A DNA stretch of 64,000 nt from Fimbriimonadales bacterium (lineage in GTDB: Bacteria; Armatimonadota; Fimbriimonadia; Fimbriimonadales; GBS-DC): the NCBI GenBank assembly GCA_025061985.1, contig JANXAW010000023.1, positions 13,168-77,167 on the forward strand. The letters run 5' to 3'. The notes beneath the pieces were generated by a model. The model was given only the letters and a program-made list of their open reading frames with translations. It was not told the origin of the DNA and made no database searches. The translations under genes were made by a program, and so were the position numbers. Positions 28,401 through 37,866 of this stretch are shown one piece after another; positions within the stretch are counted from its first letter, which is position 1; each line of letters begins with the position of its first letter.

Positions 28401-29203
28401 GCGCGCTGCACCAATACTACACGCACCTGCTCAAAGTTTACCGCTGGGCGCACCCATGCCTTTTTGACGGAGAACTGCCGGTCCAGCCACACGGCTTCTA
28501 CTGTGCCGATTGGGATATCGGGTGGGTATTTGCTGCCCAGCCCTGCAGATACGACTTGGTCGCCAACTTGCACAGGGGCTTCGGGCGGGACGAAGTTGAG
28601 TAGTAGGCGACTTTCGCCGCGCCCCTCACACACCCCCAAACTTACCTTCTGGGGGTTGAGCACCTTTACGCTAACTGCCATGCGAGGCGCAGAGAGCAAG
28701 CGCACGATAGCGCGGTCGCGATCAGCCCATGCCACCACGCCTAGTAGTCCTGCCCCCGCTACGACGGGCGCGCCTGCGATGACCCCGTCGCGCGTGCCAC
28801 GGTCAATGATGAGCGTCTGCTGAGCAGGCTGGGGGTAGGCAGCGATTACGCGACAACCAAGCCACTGGTGGGGCAGCCGGGCGCGCAGATCAAGTAGCTG
28901 GCGCAAGGCTTCGTTTTCGGCAGCAAGCGCACGCAGCTGCTCCACCTCCTGCCTAAGACGCGCATTTTCAAGGGCTAAATGGTCGTACGCGCGCAGCGCC
29001 TCACGAGCGCGGATAAGCATCGCAGCAAATTCACTGGCTCTGTCGGTAGCGTGTTGCGCGCCTCGCTGCAAGGGGATGATTAGGCTTCGCACAAGCGCCG
29101 TAAGTGGATTGGCACCGCCTCGCTGCACCACATGGTTGTGGTAGATTCCCAGCAGCAGTCCCAGCGTAGCCAACACCAGCCACACCCAGCGCCGACGCTT
29201 CAA
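28376..29203 (-). CDS. mreC: rod shape-determining protein MreC
   Basis: Has an N-terminal anchor, a coiled coil (LENARLRQEVEQLRALAAENEALRQLL) and a beta-barrel C-terminus ending GSKYPPDIPIGTV. It lies directly downstream of mreB. Confidence 0.85.
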   Translation of the reverse strand: MKRRRWVWLVLATLGLLLGIYHNHVVQRGGANPLTALVRSLIIPLQRGAQHATDRASEFAAMLIRAREALRAYDHLALENARLRQEVEQLRALAAENEALRQLLDLRARLPHQWLGCRVIAAYPQPAQQTLIIDRGTRDGVIAGAPVVAGAGLLGVVAWADRDRAIVRLLSAPRMAVSVKVLNPQKVSLGVCEGRGESRLLLNFVPPEAPVQVGDQVVSAGLGSKYPPDIPIGTVEAVWLDRQFSVKKAWVRPAVNFEQVRVVLVQRAHSPAHSK

Positions 29204-29209
29204 TTACTC

Positions 29210-30265
29210 TCACCTCTTGCGCGGCGATTGCGCGGTCTGCAACACCTTACGCAGCATCGGGTTGGTTTCCAGCTCTTCCAAGACTTTGCCCGTGCCAAGC
29301 ACCACGGCGGAGGTTGGGTCGTTGGCTACGTACACAGGCATCTGCGTCTCATGCTGGATCAGCTTGTCCAGCCCGCGTAGCAGCGCGCCGCCCCCACATA
29401 GCGCAATCCCTTGCTCCATGATGTCTGCTGCCAGTTCGGGTGGGGTGACCTCCAAGGTTTGCTTGACCGCTTCCACAATCGCATGCACAGGTTCCGCAAT
29501 AGCTTGGCGAATCTCTTCTGAGGAGACGACGATGCTGCGTGGCAAGCCCGTGATGAGATCGCGCCCTCTGACCTCCATCTCCAGCTCTTCGTCTAAAGGG
29601 AACGCAGAGCCGATTTGTATCTTCACCTGTTCAGCGGTGCGCTCGCCGATGAACAGGTTGTAAGTGCGGCGGATGTAATTGGCAATGGCTTCGTCGATCT
29701 CGTCGCCTGCGATCCGAATGGAGCGGCTGGCGACAATGCCTGCTAGCGAAATCACGGCGACTTCGGTTGTGCCACCGCCGATATCCACCACCATTGAGCC
29801 GGTAGGTTCCGCCACGGGTAGCCCAATGCCGATTGCAGCTGCCATTGGCTCCTCAATCACATAGGCTTCGCGCGCTCCTGCTCGCAACGCCGCTTGGAGC
29901 ACAGCGCGGCGTTCTACCTCCGTCACACCACTGGGGATGCCCACTACCATGCGGGGAGGAATCCAGCGGTTGCGCGACACCTTGCTGGCATAATGCTGAA
30001 GCATCTTTTCGGTTTGCTCAAAGTCGGCAATCACCCCGTCTTTGAGCGGGCGCACTGCAATGATGTTCGCGGGCGTGCGTCCTAACATGCGCTTGGCTTC
30101 CTCGCCCACTGCCAGCACGCGGCGCGTCTCTTGGTCGATCGCAATCACTGACGGCTCGCGCAGCATAATCCCCTTGCCGCGCACGTGCACCAAGGTGGTC
30201 GCTGTGCCTAAGTCAATCCCCAAGTCGCGTCCAAACCGCCCAAACAGCTTGGAGAAGAAGAACAC
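29210..30265 (-). CDS. mreB: rod shape-determining protein MreB
   Basis: Contains [22 protein letters not shown] and [14 protein letters not shown]. Confidence 0.95.
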   Translation of the reverse strand: MFFFSKLFGRFGRDLGIDLGTATTLVHVRGKGIMLREPSVIAIDQETRRVLAVGEEAKRMLGRTPANIIAVRPLKDGVIADFEQTEKMLQHYASKVSRNRWIPPRMVVGIPSGVTEVERRAVLQAALRAGAREAYVIEEPMAAAIGIGLPVAEPTGSMVVDIGGGTTEVAVISLAGIVASRSIRIAGDEIDEAIANYIRRTYNLFIGERTAEQVKIQIGSAFPLDEELEMEVRGRDLITGLPRSIVVSSEEIRQAIAEPVHAIVEAVKQTLEVTPPELAADIMEQGIALCGGGALLRGLDKLIQHETQMPVYVANDPTSAVVLGTGKVLEELETNPMLRKVLQTAQSPRKR

Positions 30266-30369
30266 GCTCCTTTGAACCTCCCAGTATTTAGTGTACCCGT
30301 TGGGGAAGGCATTGGGGGCAAAGGGCAGCCTTAGCTCCTCCGCGACCTTGCGAAAGAAGGCACAGCTTC

Positions 30370-30399
30370 TTGCATCCGTCCTACGCTTTCAGGTACAAT
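30370..30399 (+). promoter_or_regulatory. sigma70-type promoter TTGCAT-N18-TACAAT upstream of ctaB
   Basis: Both hexamers are visible. The predicted TSS is near 30406, which is itself an in-frame GTG. Confidence 0.45.
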
Positions 30400-30453
30400 A
30401 CCAGCGTGAAGACTGCCCTACGCCTATCAAGCGCATCGGTATGTACAACAGCT

Positions 30454-31311
30454 ATGCAAAAGTTGCGTGCGTATTGGTTACTTAGTAAGCCGCGCGTCAC
30501 GCTGTTGGTCTGGCTCACCACCGTCGCGGGCTTTGTGCTGGGGGGCTGGGGGCAGCCACTGCAAGGTGGGCTGGTTGCAGCCACGCTGATAGGTTCGTGG
30601 CTGGTGATAGCCTCCGCGAACGCGCTCAACCAAGCAATTGAATGGCGTCAAGACGCGCTGATGCCGCGCACAGCGATGCGCCCCATTGCCTCTAAGCGAA
30701 CTGCCCCATGGGAGGGATGGCTAATCGGAACGCTTTGGGGCGTTGCGGGGGTGCTGAGTTTGGCACTGTGGGTCAACCTACCTGTAGCAGTGTTGGGGGC
30801 AGTCTCAATCATTCTGTATGCCTTTGTGTATACCCCCCTCAAGCGATATACGCATCTTTGCACAGTGGTCGGCGCGATTCCTGGGGCAACGCCCCCACTC
30901 GCAGGCTGGGTTGCCGCACAGGGTAGCTTCTCCGTAGAGGCATGGCTGCTGTTTGCGCTGCAATTCGTGTGGCAGTTCCCACACTTTTGGGCAATTGCGT
31001 GGCTTTACAACCGTGAGTACGCTCAGGCAGGGTTCCGCATGCTTCCTTACGAAGGCGCTTCAGCTGAGGCAACAGCGTGGTTAGTGCTGCTGTACACGCT
31101 GGGAATGGTCGCGTTGAGCTTGCTGTTTACGCCGTTCCTTGAGCGGGCATGGCTGTACGCAGCAGGCGCACTGACGTTGGGGCTATGGGCAGTACGTGCC
31201 GCCTACCGCTTCTTGAAAACCCCAGAAAACTTGCAGACGGCACGCGGGGTACTAGTTAGCTCCTTGGCGTACCTGCCGCTGTTGTTGCTTTGGCTGATTG
31301 TAAGTGCGTAG
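30454..31311 (+). CDS. ctaB: protoheme IX farnesyltransferase (heme O synthase)
   Basis: UbiA-family polytopic protein with YWLLSKPRVTLLV, NQAIEWRQDALMPRTAMRP and YTPLKR. The alternative leaderless GTG 30406 lies 6 nt after a TTGCAT-N18-TACAAT promoter. Confidence 0.85.
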   Translation: MQKLRAYWLLSKPRVTLLVWLTTVAGFVLGGWGQPLQGGLVAATLIGSWLVIASANALNQAIEWRQDALMPRTAMRPIASKRTAPWEGWLIGTLWGVAGVLSLALWVNLPVAVLGAVSIILYAFVYTPLKRYTHLCTVVGAIPGATPPLAGWVAAQGSFSVEAWLLFALQFVWQFPHFWAIAWLYNREYAQAGFRMLPYEGASAEATAWLVLLYTLGMVALSLLFTPFLERAWLYAAGALTLGLWAVRAAYRFLKTPENLQTARGVLVSSLAYLPLLLLWLIVSA

Positions 31312-31432
31312 CATCGGCATCTTGCCGGTGGTGGAAAGGCGTGGCGGCGAAGCCGTCTTATGCGAGCCGGGCTTGGTCGTATAGCCGTTCATGCGGTCGG
31401 CGTTGCGCCGACGGCAGCTAAAGGAGCATTCT

Positions 31433-32068
31433 ATGGCGAAGCTCAAGTCGCGCCCCCAGATGCGTGGTCGCGGAGTCAGTGAGACGAACCCGCCCCCGCC
31501 CTACCGAGGCGATGAAGGTGGGGAGAGCGAGCAACCACACGACTTTCAATTGGCGCGTTTGGGACTGTACATCTTCTTGGGCGCGCTGACGATGATGTTT
31601 GGCGCGTTGGCGTTGCTGTACCTGCTGCGCACCCCGATGCAAGAAGCGTTCGCGTTTCAGCTGCCTAGACTTAGCTGGCTTAGCACAGCGGTAATCCTGC
31701 TCAGTAGCATTCCGTGCCAAATGGCGCTCAACGCTGCGCGAGCAGGTTCTGTGGTAAGCGTGGCACGCGGGACTGCACTAACCTTTGGGCTAGGCTTGCT
31801 GTTCCTTGCCATGCAAGCGGGTAGCTGGAGCGAAGTGGCTCAACAACTGCAAGGTGCGCCCGTGCACTTCTTCTCTGCGATGTTTTACGTCATCAGCGCA
31901 GTGCACGGCTTGCACTTACTGGGCGGATTGGTGTTTATGGGCTACCTGCTGTATCAAGCCTTTGCGCTGCGCATAGTGAACCCGCAAGTAGTGGAGCTAG
32001 GCGCGATTTACTGGCACTTTCTGGGCGTGTTGTGGGCAGCCTTGTTTGCAGTAATGCTTGTCAAGTGA
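31433..32068 (+). CDS. heme-copper (cytochrome c) oxidase subunit III family protein
   Basis: Five TM helices with FYVISAVHGLHLLGG and YWHFLGVLW motifs. The ATG follows AAGGAG. Confidence 0.7.
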   Translation: MAKLKSRPQMRGRGVSETNPPPPYRGDEGGESEQPHDFQLARLGLYIFLGALTMMFGALALLYLLRTPMQEAFAFQLPRLSWLSTAVILLSSIPCQMALNAARAGSVVSVARGTALTFGLGLLFLAMQAGSWSEVAQQLQGAPVHFFSAMFYVISAVHGLHLLGGLVFMGYLLYQAFALRIVNPQVVELGAIYWHFLGVLWAALFAVMLVK

Positions 32069-32073
32069 GGCGT

Positions 32074-32685
32074 ATGTCGATGCGTGTTGCGACGCTTTTC
32101 GCATGGGGACTGCTGGTGCTAGCGCTTGGAGCGCTCGTGTTCGCCCTTATGAGCCGTCAAGCTGCGCTTAATCAAGCAGAGTCGCTGCCCATACTGGGCG
32201 TAGTGGATACTTCTTTCCGCCTTACGAACCAGTGGGGCGAAACGGTGACGCGCGAGCAATTCAAAGGCAAGGTATGGGTGGCGTATTTCTTTTTCACGCG
32301 CTGCCCCAGCGTGTGCCCCATTATCAACCGCAACGCTATCACCATCCAGCGAGCTTACGCTGACAACCCCGATGTGTTCTTGGTGGGTTTCTCGGTCGAT
32401 CCCAAGCACGACACGGTGGCGGTGCTGCAAAAGTGGTCTCAGCGGCACGGCGCGATCAAGGGGAAGTGGCACTTCCTAACAGGTGAGCGCGAGGTAATTT
32501 ACAACCTTTCGCGCAAAACCTTCAAATTAGGCGTAGACCCCGGCGATGCCCAGCATCCTATCGTTCATAGCGACCGCTTTGTGCTTGTTGACCGCCAGGG
32601 GCGGATTCGCGGCTACTATTCGGGGATGGATCCCGCAGCAGTGCAGCAACTGATTGCCGACATTCAGCGCGTGCTGAAAGAGTAG
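32074..32685 (+). CDS. SCO1/SenC copper chaperone
   Basis: Has a TM anchor, a thioredoxin fold with CPSVCP (CxxxC) and a downstream HSDRF histidine. Confidence 0.85.
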   Translation: MSMRVATLFAWGLLVLALGALVFALMSRQAALNQAESLPILGVVDTSFRLTNQWGETVTREQFKGKVWVAYFFFTRCPSVCPIINRNAITIQRAYADNPDVFLVGFSVDPKHDTVAVLQKWSQRHGAIKGKWHFLTGEREVIYNLSRKTFKLGVDPGDAQHPIVHSDRFVLVDRQGRIRGYYSGMDPAAVQQLIADIQRVLKE

Positions 32686-32939
32686 CCCAGCTACTGAGGC
32701 AATTAGCAGCTGTGTTCCCTGTGGGCTTCCTCGGCAAGTGAGGGGAACCGAAGGCTACAACCTCGGTTTCCACTCCGAATGGAGAGGAGCCATCGCGTTT
32801 GCAGTGAGACGGTGCCTGTGCTGATCACAAGTCTCTCCGAGGGGTGCCCTTGGGCGTATGTATAGCTTCTATTTCTGTCGCAAAAAGGGTAGAATTGGCA
32901 GGGGCGACATAGCTCCCCATCGCAGCAGAAAGGAGGTGT

Positions 32940-34445
32940 ATGGCGATGACGCGACTGCGCAGAGTGGCTTTAGTGTGTGCGTTGATTGCTGGCACGGCGC
33001 TGGCGCAATCCCAAGTGGTCATCAACGAGTTTGTATACGACGATCAAGGCACCGACAACCGTGAGTTCGTGGAACTCTACAACGCTAGTGGGCGTGAGGT
33101 AAACATAACAGGTTGGAAGCTGATGGCTGGTGACCGCTCAGACTACGATGACAACAACCCTGATTACGTCATCGGCGACACAAATGGCGATGGCACCCCC
33201 GACACGACAGTGATTCTCGCTCCTGGCGCGTTTTATGTGATTGGCACTAACACGGGCTTAGTCCCGAATGTCAACCAGCCAGTAGGTGCAAACGACTTGT
33301 GGGAGAACGATAATGAGTGGCTTGCCCTCGTAGATACGAACAACCAGATTGTTGATGCAGTAGCATACGAGGTATTTCGGGGACAGAACTTCCCTGCTGA
33401 AGTCAATGCTGCAGCAGGTCCAGGCATTTGGGGTGAGCTAATGGCGACGGAGGGTGGTCAGACCGACGCTACGTACCAATCGTGGTCGCGCTATCGGGAT
33501 GGCGCAGATTCCAACAACAGCGCTCGTGACTTTGTGCTGGTACCTGCTACGCCGGGTGCGCCTAACAATGTGCCTGCTCCGCCTAGCTCCCGAATCTCGG
33601 AGAACTTCGACAACCTCGCCGTTGGCGCAGCCGTTCCCGATTGGACAGGCTCCTTCCGCAATCCGCGCGTGATTGACCCCACTCAAGTGGGCAATCCTGC
33701 CATCAATCCAAACGCGATCCCTGCTTCGCCTCAAGGCGGGAATGCAATGATTGCGTGGGATTGGGCAGGCGGTGGCAACCAAGCAGCGCTCAACTACGTG
33801 TATGACCGCGCCGCGGGCTACACCATGCTGGTGTATATTGACCCAACACGGCGTTCGCGCACTGACGAAGACGAAGCATGGGCAATCGGCGTGTTGGGAA
33901 CATCAGATACGTTCTTCCGGACGCCATTTCGTACCAATGCGTGTGGGATTACAGGCGTTGCGTGGGTGTTCTACCGCTCCAGCAGCGTATCACGGCTTCA
34001 GTTAGTAGATGCTGGGGATGGTGGCGACAGCACCGACTCCCCAGCACCGCGTCGCTGGCAAGTGCTGCAGACGATTGACCTGTCTTCGTACAGTCCGGGT
34101 TGGTACCGCCTCTCGCTGGTGGTGCGCAATGGCGTAATCCGCGCCAAGTTTGACAACATCAGCGTGTGCGGTACCACTGAACCACGTGTGGGACAGGTCT
34201 ACATTGGCTACCGCGAGTTCATCTATGATAACTCGACCACGCGCCCGCCCACAATCGATGACCTAACGATCTTCGTGCCTATAGAGGGCGATGTGAACTA
34301 CGACGGCGTAGTGAACAACGCCGACTTGCTGGAGATCCTGTTCAACTTCGGCAGCACTGCCTGCAGCGACGCGGATCTCAACGGCGACGGCACGGTGAAC
34401 AACGCCGACCTGCTTACCGTGCTGTTCAACTTCGGACGCAGCTAA
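32940..34445 (+). CDS. secreted protein: lamin-tail-domain (LTD) N-terminus, unknown central region, dockerin-like C-terminal double repeat
   Basis: Signal peptide is MAMTRLRRVALVCALIAGTALAQS. The LTD pattern is VVINEFVYDDQG..EFVELYN..ITGWKL...DNEWLALVD..NQIVDAVAY. The tail is GDVNYDGVVNNADLLEILFNFG..DLNGDGTVNNADLLTVLFNFG. SD AGGAGG lies upstream. Confidence 0.6.
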   Translation: MAMTRLRRVALVCALIAGTALAQSQVVINEFVYDDQGTDNREFVELYNASGREVNITGWKLMAGDRSDYDDNNPDYVIGDTNGDGTPDTTVILAPGAFYVIGTNTGLVPNVNQPVGANDLWENDNEWLALVDTNNQIVDAVAYEVFRGQNFPAEVNAAAGPGIWGELMATEGGQTDATYQSWSRYRDGADSNNSARDFVLVPATPGAPNNVPAPPSSRISENFDNLAVGAAVPDWTGSFRNPRVIDPTQVGNPAINPNAIPASPQGGNAMIAWDWAGGGNQAALNYVYDRAAGYTMLVYIDPTRRSRTDEDEAWAIGVLGTSDTFFRTPFRTNACGITGVAWVFYRSSSVSRLQLVDAGDGGDSTDSPAPRRWQVLQTIDLSSYSPGWYRLSLVVRNGVIRAKFDNISVCGTTEPRVGQVYIGYREFIYDNSTTRPPTIDDLTIFVPIEGDVNYDGVVNNADLLEILFNFGSTACSDADLNGDGTVNNADLLTVLFNFGRS

Positions 34446-34459
34446 ACACTTTGTAAGCT

Positions 34460-34491
34460 CCGTAGCGTCGGCAGCTTCGCCGGCGCTACGG
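34460..34491 (+). terminator. GC-rich hairpin 15 nt after the LTD/dockerin gene stop (no U-tract)
   Basis: CCGTAGCGTCGGC-agcttc-GCCGGCGCTACGG forms a 13-bp stem with one G-U pair. Confidence 0.4.
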
Positions 34492-34651
34492 GCAAGGAAA
34501 CCGCAGTTTGCCTCGGTACCTTAGCGGTGTGCTTCGCAGCGAGTTCAGACGCAGCTTCGCACGGGGGTTAGTAGGCGGAGCGCATAGCACCATAGCCGCA
34601 TGGGCAACGCCACAGTCGGTATCAGAGCGACATTGGCACTGCTGTCGTATT

Positions 34652-35401
34652 TTAGGGGGGCGCTAACCAGTTTGCTCTCAAGCGTGGCAGCTCTTTGCAG
34701 AAAAAGTCAGTAAACCCCATTACGTTCGTCTCTTTAGGAAAACGATTGCGCTTGATTGGATCTCGCACTACCAAGTAAACGTTTTGGGCATTCAAACTAC
34801 TCACTTTTTCTGAGGTTATGTCACGTTGAGCTTCCTCTTCTGTTTCAGTGACCATAAGGTACACAGTCAGCCCTCGCGTAATGCCCAGCTCTTCGAAGAC
34901 TTGCTTGTACCGCTCGCGTAAGGAGCGCTCGACCGAAACAAGCGTGCATCGGCGTCTGTCTTTTTCTCACATTGCACGACTGGGGAAAGGAAAGTCCACT
35001 GTGCTATTCAACTTCTGCTGCATCTCGTATTGCCCCTTGTATCCCAATGCATCTAGCACGTATGCGATGTGGTACTGAGCGCTGCCCCCTGCGCGAGTTC
35101 TACGGCTCTGAGCGAACGCCTCGCTAATAAGTTTGTACAGGTCTACCAGCGAGGTACCTGAACCGCAGAAGGGATCCAACAGCGTCCCCTCACTGCGCCC
35201 GTAGAGCCGAATTAATCGCCGTGCCACCTGCGGGATCATCATCGCGGGGTAGATGTGGTAGCAGTGGGTGTGCGTTTTGGTGTCGGCGGTAGCATAGTCC
35301 CAGTCCTCAGGCTCCCCCTCGGCGGATGCCTGCGCGAAAGTGAACGACAATTGCTCCCTGACTCTGTCAACTGCAGTCGTTACAAAGCCCTTTGGTTCCA
35401 T
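34652..35401 (-). pseudogene. DNA (N6/N4) methyltransferase remnant; single frame of 250 codons interrupted by an in-frame TGA at 34967-34969
   Basis: The N-terminal 85 aa carry motif X/I of amino-methyltransferases (HCYHIYPAMMIPQVARRLIRLYG..GTLLDPFCGSGTSLV). No (D/N/S)PP(Y/F) motif follows. Track ORFs 34967..35401 and 34652..34864 are in the same frame. The 3' part is about 43-45% G+C by hand count. Confidence 0.5.
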
Positions 35402-35438
35402 AAGCCACAGATTTTGCTTCTGCGGCGTTTACAGGTCT

Positions 35439-37700
35439 TTACTCGGCTCGTCGTGACTCGTACTGCTTCAGTATTTGCTCGGCTTCGGCGCGAGTGATCA
35501 ATACCTGTCGGGGTTTGGCGCCGTCCAGCGGTCCTACGATGCCGCGGCGCTCCATCAAGTCTAGCAAGCGCGCCGCACGCCCGTACCCGATCTTGAAACG
35601 CCGTTGCAGCATAGATGTGGATGCTTGCCCGTGCGCTACTACAAGGCGTACGGCAGCGGGATAGAGTTCGTCATCTTCCTCGTCTTCGTCCCCGCCACTT
35701 CTTGTGGGCGCATCGAAGTCAGTGGGGCTGAGGAGGTATACGGGCGACTCCTGTGCGCGCCAGAAGTCCGCCACTGCTTCAATCTCCGCTTCAGAGACAT
35801 AGCAACCTTGAATACGTATGGGTTTAGAGGCGTCAATCGGCAGATACAGCATATCGCCGCGCCCTAGCAAGCGCTCTGCGCCTGCCATATCCAAAATCGT
35901 GCGGCTGTCCACTTGGCTGGAGACCGCGAAGGCGATACGGCTAGCGATGTTCGCCTTAATCGTGCCCGTGATGACATCCACAGAGGGGCGCTGGGTGGCG
36001 ATCACCAAGTGGATGCCCGTAGCGCGCGCCAGTTGCGCCAGCCGCGCAATAGAAGTCTCTACCTCTGAAGCGGCTTGCATCATTAGGTCTGCCAGCTCAT
36101 CGATAATGACCACTACGTAAGGCAACCGCTCGTCTTCGGGCACGCGCTCGTTGTAGCCTTGAATGTTGCGAACGCCTGCATTTGCAAACAGGTCGTAGCG
36201 TCGATCCATCTCTTTGAGCACGGCACGCAGTGCCCCCGCAGCAAGCTTAACATCGCGCACGACGGGACACATCAAGTGCGGGATGCCATCAAAAAGCGTT
36301 AGCTCCACACGCTTAGGATCAATCATCACGAAGCGCAGTTGGCGTGGAGTTGCCCGAAATAGCAGCGAGGTAATCAGCGAGAGCAAGCACATGCTTTTGC
36401 CTGAGTTCGTAGCACCACCAATCAGCAGGTGAGGCATGCGCGCAAGGTCAGCGTACTTAGGCGTACCTGCCACGTCCTTGCCCAACGCGAACGTAAGTAG
36501 GCTCGGGGCATTCCAGAACTCTGGGTTCTCCATCACCTCACGCAAGGTAACAATCTGGGGGTGGTCGTTAGGCACCTCAACGCCAATAGCGTTCTTGCCA
36601 GGAATGGGGGCTTCCACGCGCACGGCGATCGCTGCGAGCGCCATCGCCAAGTTATCGGCAAGGTTGACCACGCGGTTGACCTTAATGCCAGGCGCCAGCT
36701 GGATTTCGTAGCGCGTGACGGTCGGTCCGTGTGCGACCTCCACTACGTTCGCCTCGATGCCAAAGTCTTGCAGCGTCTCTTCCAGTTTAGCGATTTTTTC
36801 GCGGATTTCAGCTTGGCTACGGCGCGGCGGTGCAGGCGGCTCTTTGAGGAGCGATAAGGGTGGCAAGGTATAGTTGCCAGAAACAGCGGGTGCTGGCAGT
36901 GGTACTTTAGGCTTTTCGGAAGTAGCAGGGGCGGAAACCTTCGGTTCTTGGCGCTGCGTAGCGGTTTGCGGGGCGGAGGTCGTTTCGCGCGATTCAGCAG
37001 GTTTAGGGCTGCTTGCAGGGGCAGGGCGGGTGTCGGCTTGCGCGCGGCGTCGCTCGGCTTGGCGTTTAACTGCCTCCGCTGCGCGCGAAGCGGTTTCCGT
37101 AGCTGCGGAGGCGATGGCTTTGGAAGCAACAGCGGTACCCCGCCAGCCTGCTTGCAAGGCACGGACAAGCCCGCGCAGCACTTGAGCTAACGGTAGGTTG
37201 AACATCATCAGCAGCCCCAACAGCACCAGCATGCCCAACACAACCGTGCGCCCCTGCCCAAGCGCCATGGAAAGCAGGAAGCCCACTACTGCGCCCAGAT
37301 AGCCCCCTGACGCACGTAGCATATCCGCCTGGAACCAGTCGCCTGAAGAACCAGGTTTTGCCATCCAACCCAGCACCGCAAGGAACACCAATAGCCCACC
37401 CCCTACCACCTCGGGTAAGGAGAGTTTGCCGTAGCCAAACACCAGCGCGCCCGCTGCCAGCCATAACACTATGGGCAGCAAGAACGCCCCATTGCCAAAC
37501 AAGAGCCTTAGCCCGTCGCGGAGGGTCGCGCCCAACGCACCACTGTTGGGCACGGTAAGGCTAATCAGAACTATTAACCCCAGCAACGCCAATCCGATAG
37601 CAACTCGGTCGTAGAATTGCTGGGAACGCGGTTTCGAATCTGTCGTGATCCTTCGCCTCTTCGATGCGTGTTTATTCCCACTCCGCTTCGAGTTTGCCAT
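35439..37700 (-). CDS. ftsK: DNA translocase FtsK/SpoIIIE
   Basis: Has N-terminal TM helices, a Pro/Ala/Ser linker, a motor domain with GGATNSGKS and IDELADLM, and a C-terminal gamma winged helix (STSMLQRRFKIGYGRAARLLDLME). Confidence 0.9.
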   Translation of the reverse strand: MANSKRSGNKHASKRRRITTDSKPRSQQFYDRVAIGLALLGLIVLISLTVPNSGALGATLRDGLRLLFGNGAFLLPIVLWLAAGALVFGYGKLSLPEVVGGGLLVFLAVLGWMAKPGSSGDWFQADMLRASGGYLGAVVGFLLSMALGQGRTVVLGMLVLLGLLMMFNLPLAQVLRGLVRALQAGWRGTAVASKAIASAATETASRAAEAVKRQAERRRAQADTRPAPASSPKPAESRETTSAPQTATQRQEPKVSAPATSEKPKVPLPAPAVSGNYTLPPLSLLKEPPAPPRRSQAEIREKIAKLEETLQDFGIEANVVEVAHGPTVTRYEIQLAPGIKVNRVVNLADNLAMALAAIAVRVEAPIPGKNAIGVEVPNDHPQIVTLREVMENPEFWNAPSLLTFALGKDVAGTPKYADLARMPHLLIGGATNSGKSMCLLSLITSLLFRATPRQLRFVMIDPKRVELTLFDGIPHLMCPVVRDVKLAAGALRAVLKEMDRRYDLFANAGVRNIQGYNERVPEDERLPYVVVIIDELADLMMQAASEVETSIARLAQLARATGIHLVIATQRPSVDVITGTIKANIASRIAFAVSSQVDSRTILDMAGAERLLGRGDMLYLPIDASKPIRIQGCYVSEAEIEAVADFWRAQESPVYLLSPTDFDAPTRSGGDEDEEDDELYPAAVRLVVAHGQASTSMLQRRFKIGYGRAARLLDLMERRGIVGPLDGAKPRQVLITRAEAEQILKQYESRRAE

Positions 37701-37848
37701 ACTCTCACCCAGCGGTTGCGTGGAACATTTGTTTCCACGCTACTGATTGTACCCTATCGCTAAGAGCCACGCGGTTTCCCCCTTGGAGAAGGGGGCCTTG
37801 CAGAGGGGGCTTTTGGGTGGGCGAGGCTAGGCGCCGTTTCGTTGCAGG

Positions 37849-37854
37849 TATAAT
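37849..37854 (+). promoter_or_regulatory. -10 box TATAAT, 12 nt upstream of meaB ATG
   Basis: A perfect hexamer with no SD between it and ATG 37867. Confidence 0.45.
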
Positions 37855-37866
37855 CGTGCCAAGACT

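Noticed and set aside
34967-34969. In-frame TGA as a possible selenocysteine or programmed read-through codon
   Set aside because: There is no SECIS-like hairpin immediately downstream and no selenoprotein family context. The surrounding frame already lacks essential methyltransferase motifs, so a nonsense mutation in a decaying gene is the simpler reading.
34988-34997. AGGAAAGTCC, reminiscent of the universally conserved GAGGAAAGUCC of RNase P RNA
   Set aside because: It is an isolated 10-mer inside the methyltransferase remnant. None of the other RNase P conserved regions or helices are present nearby.
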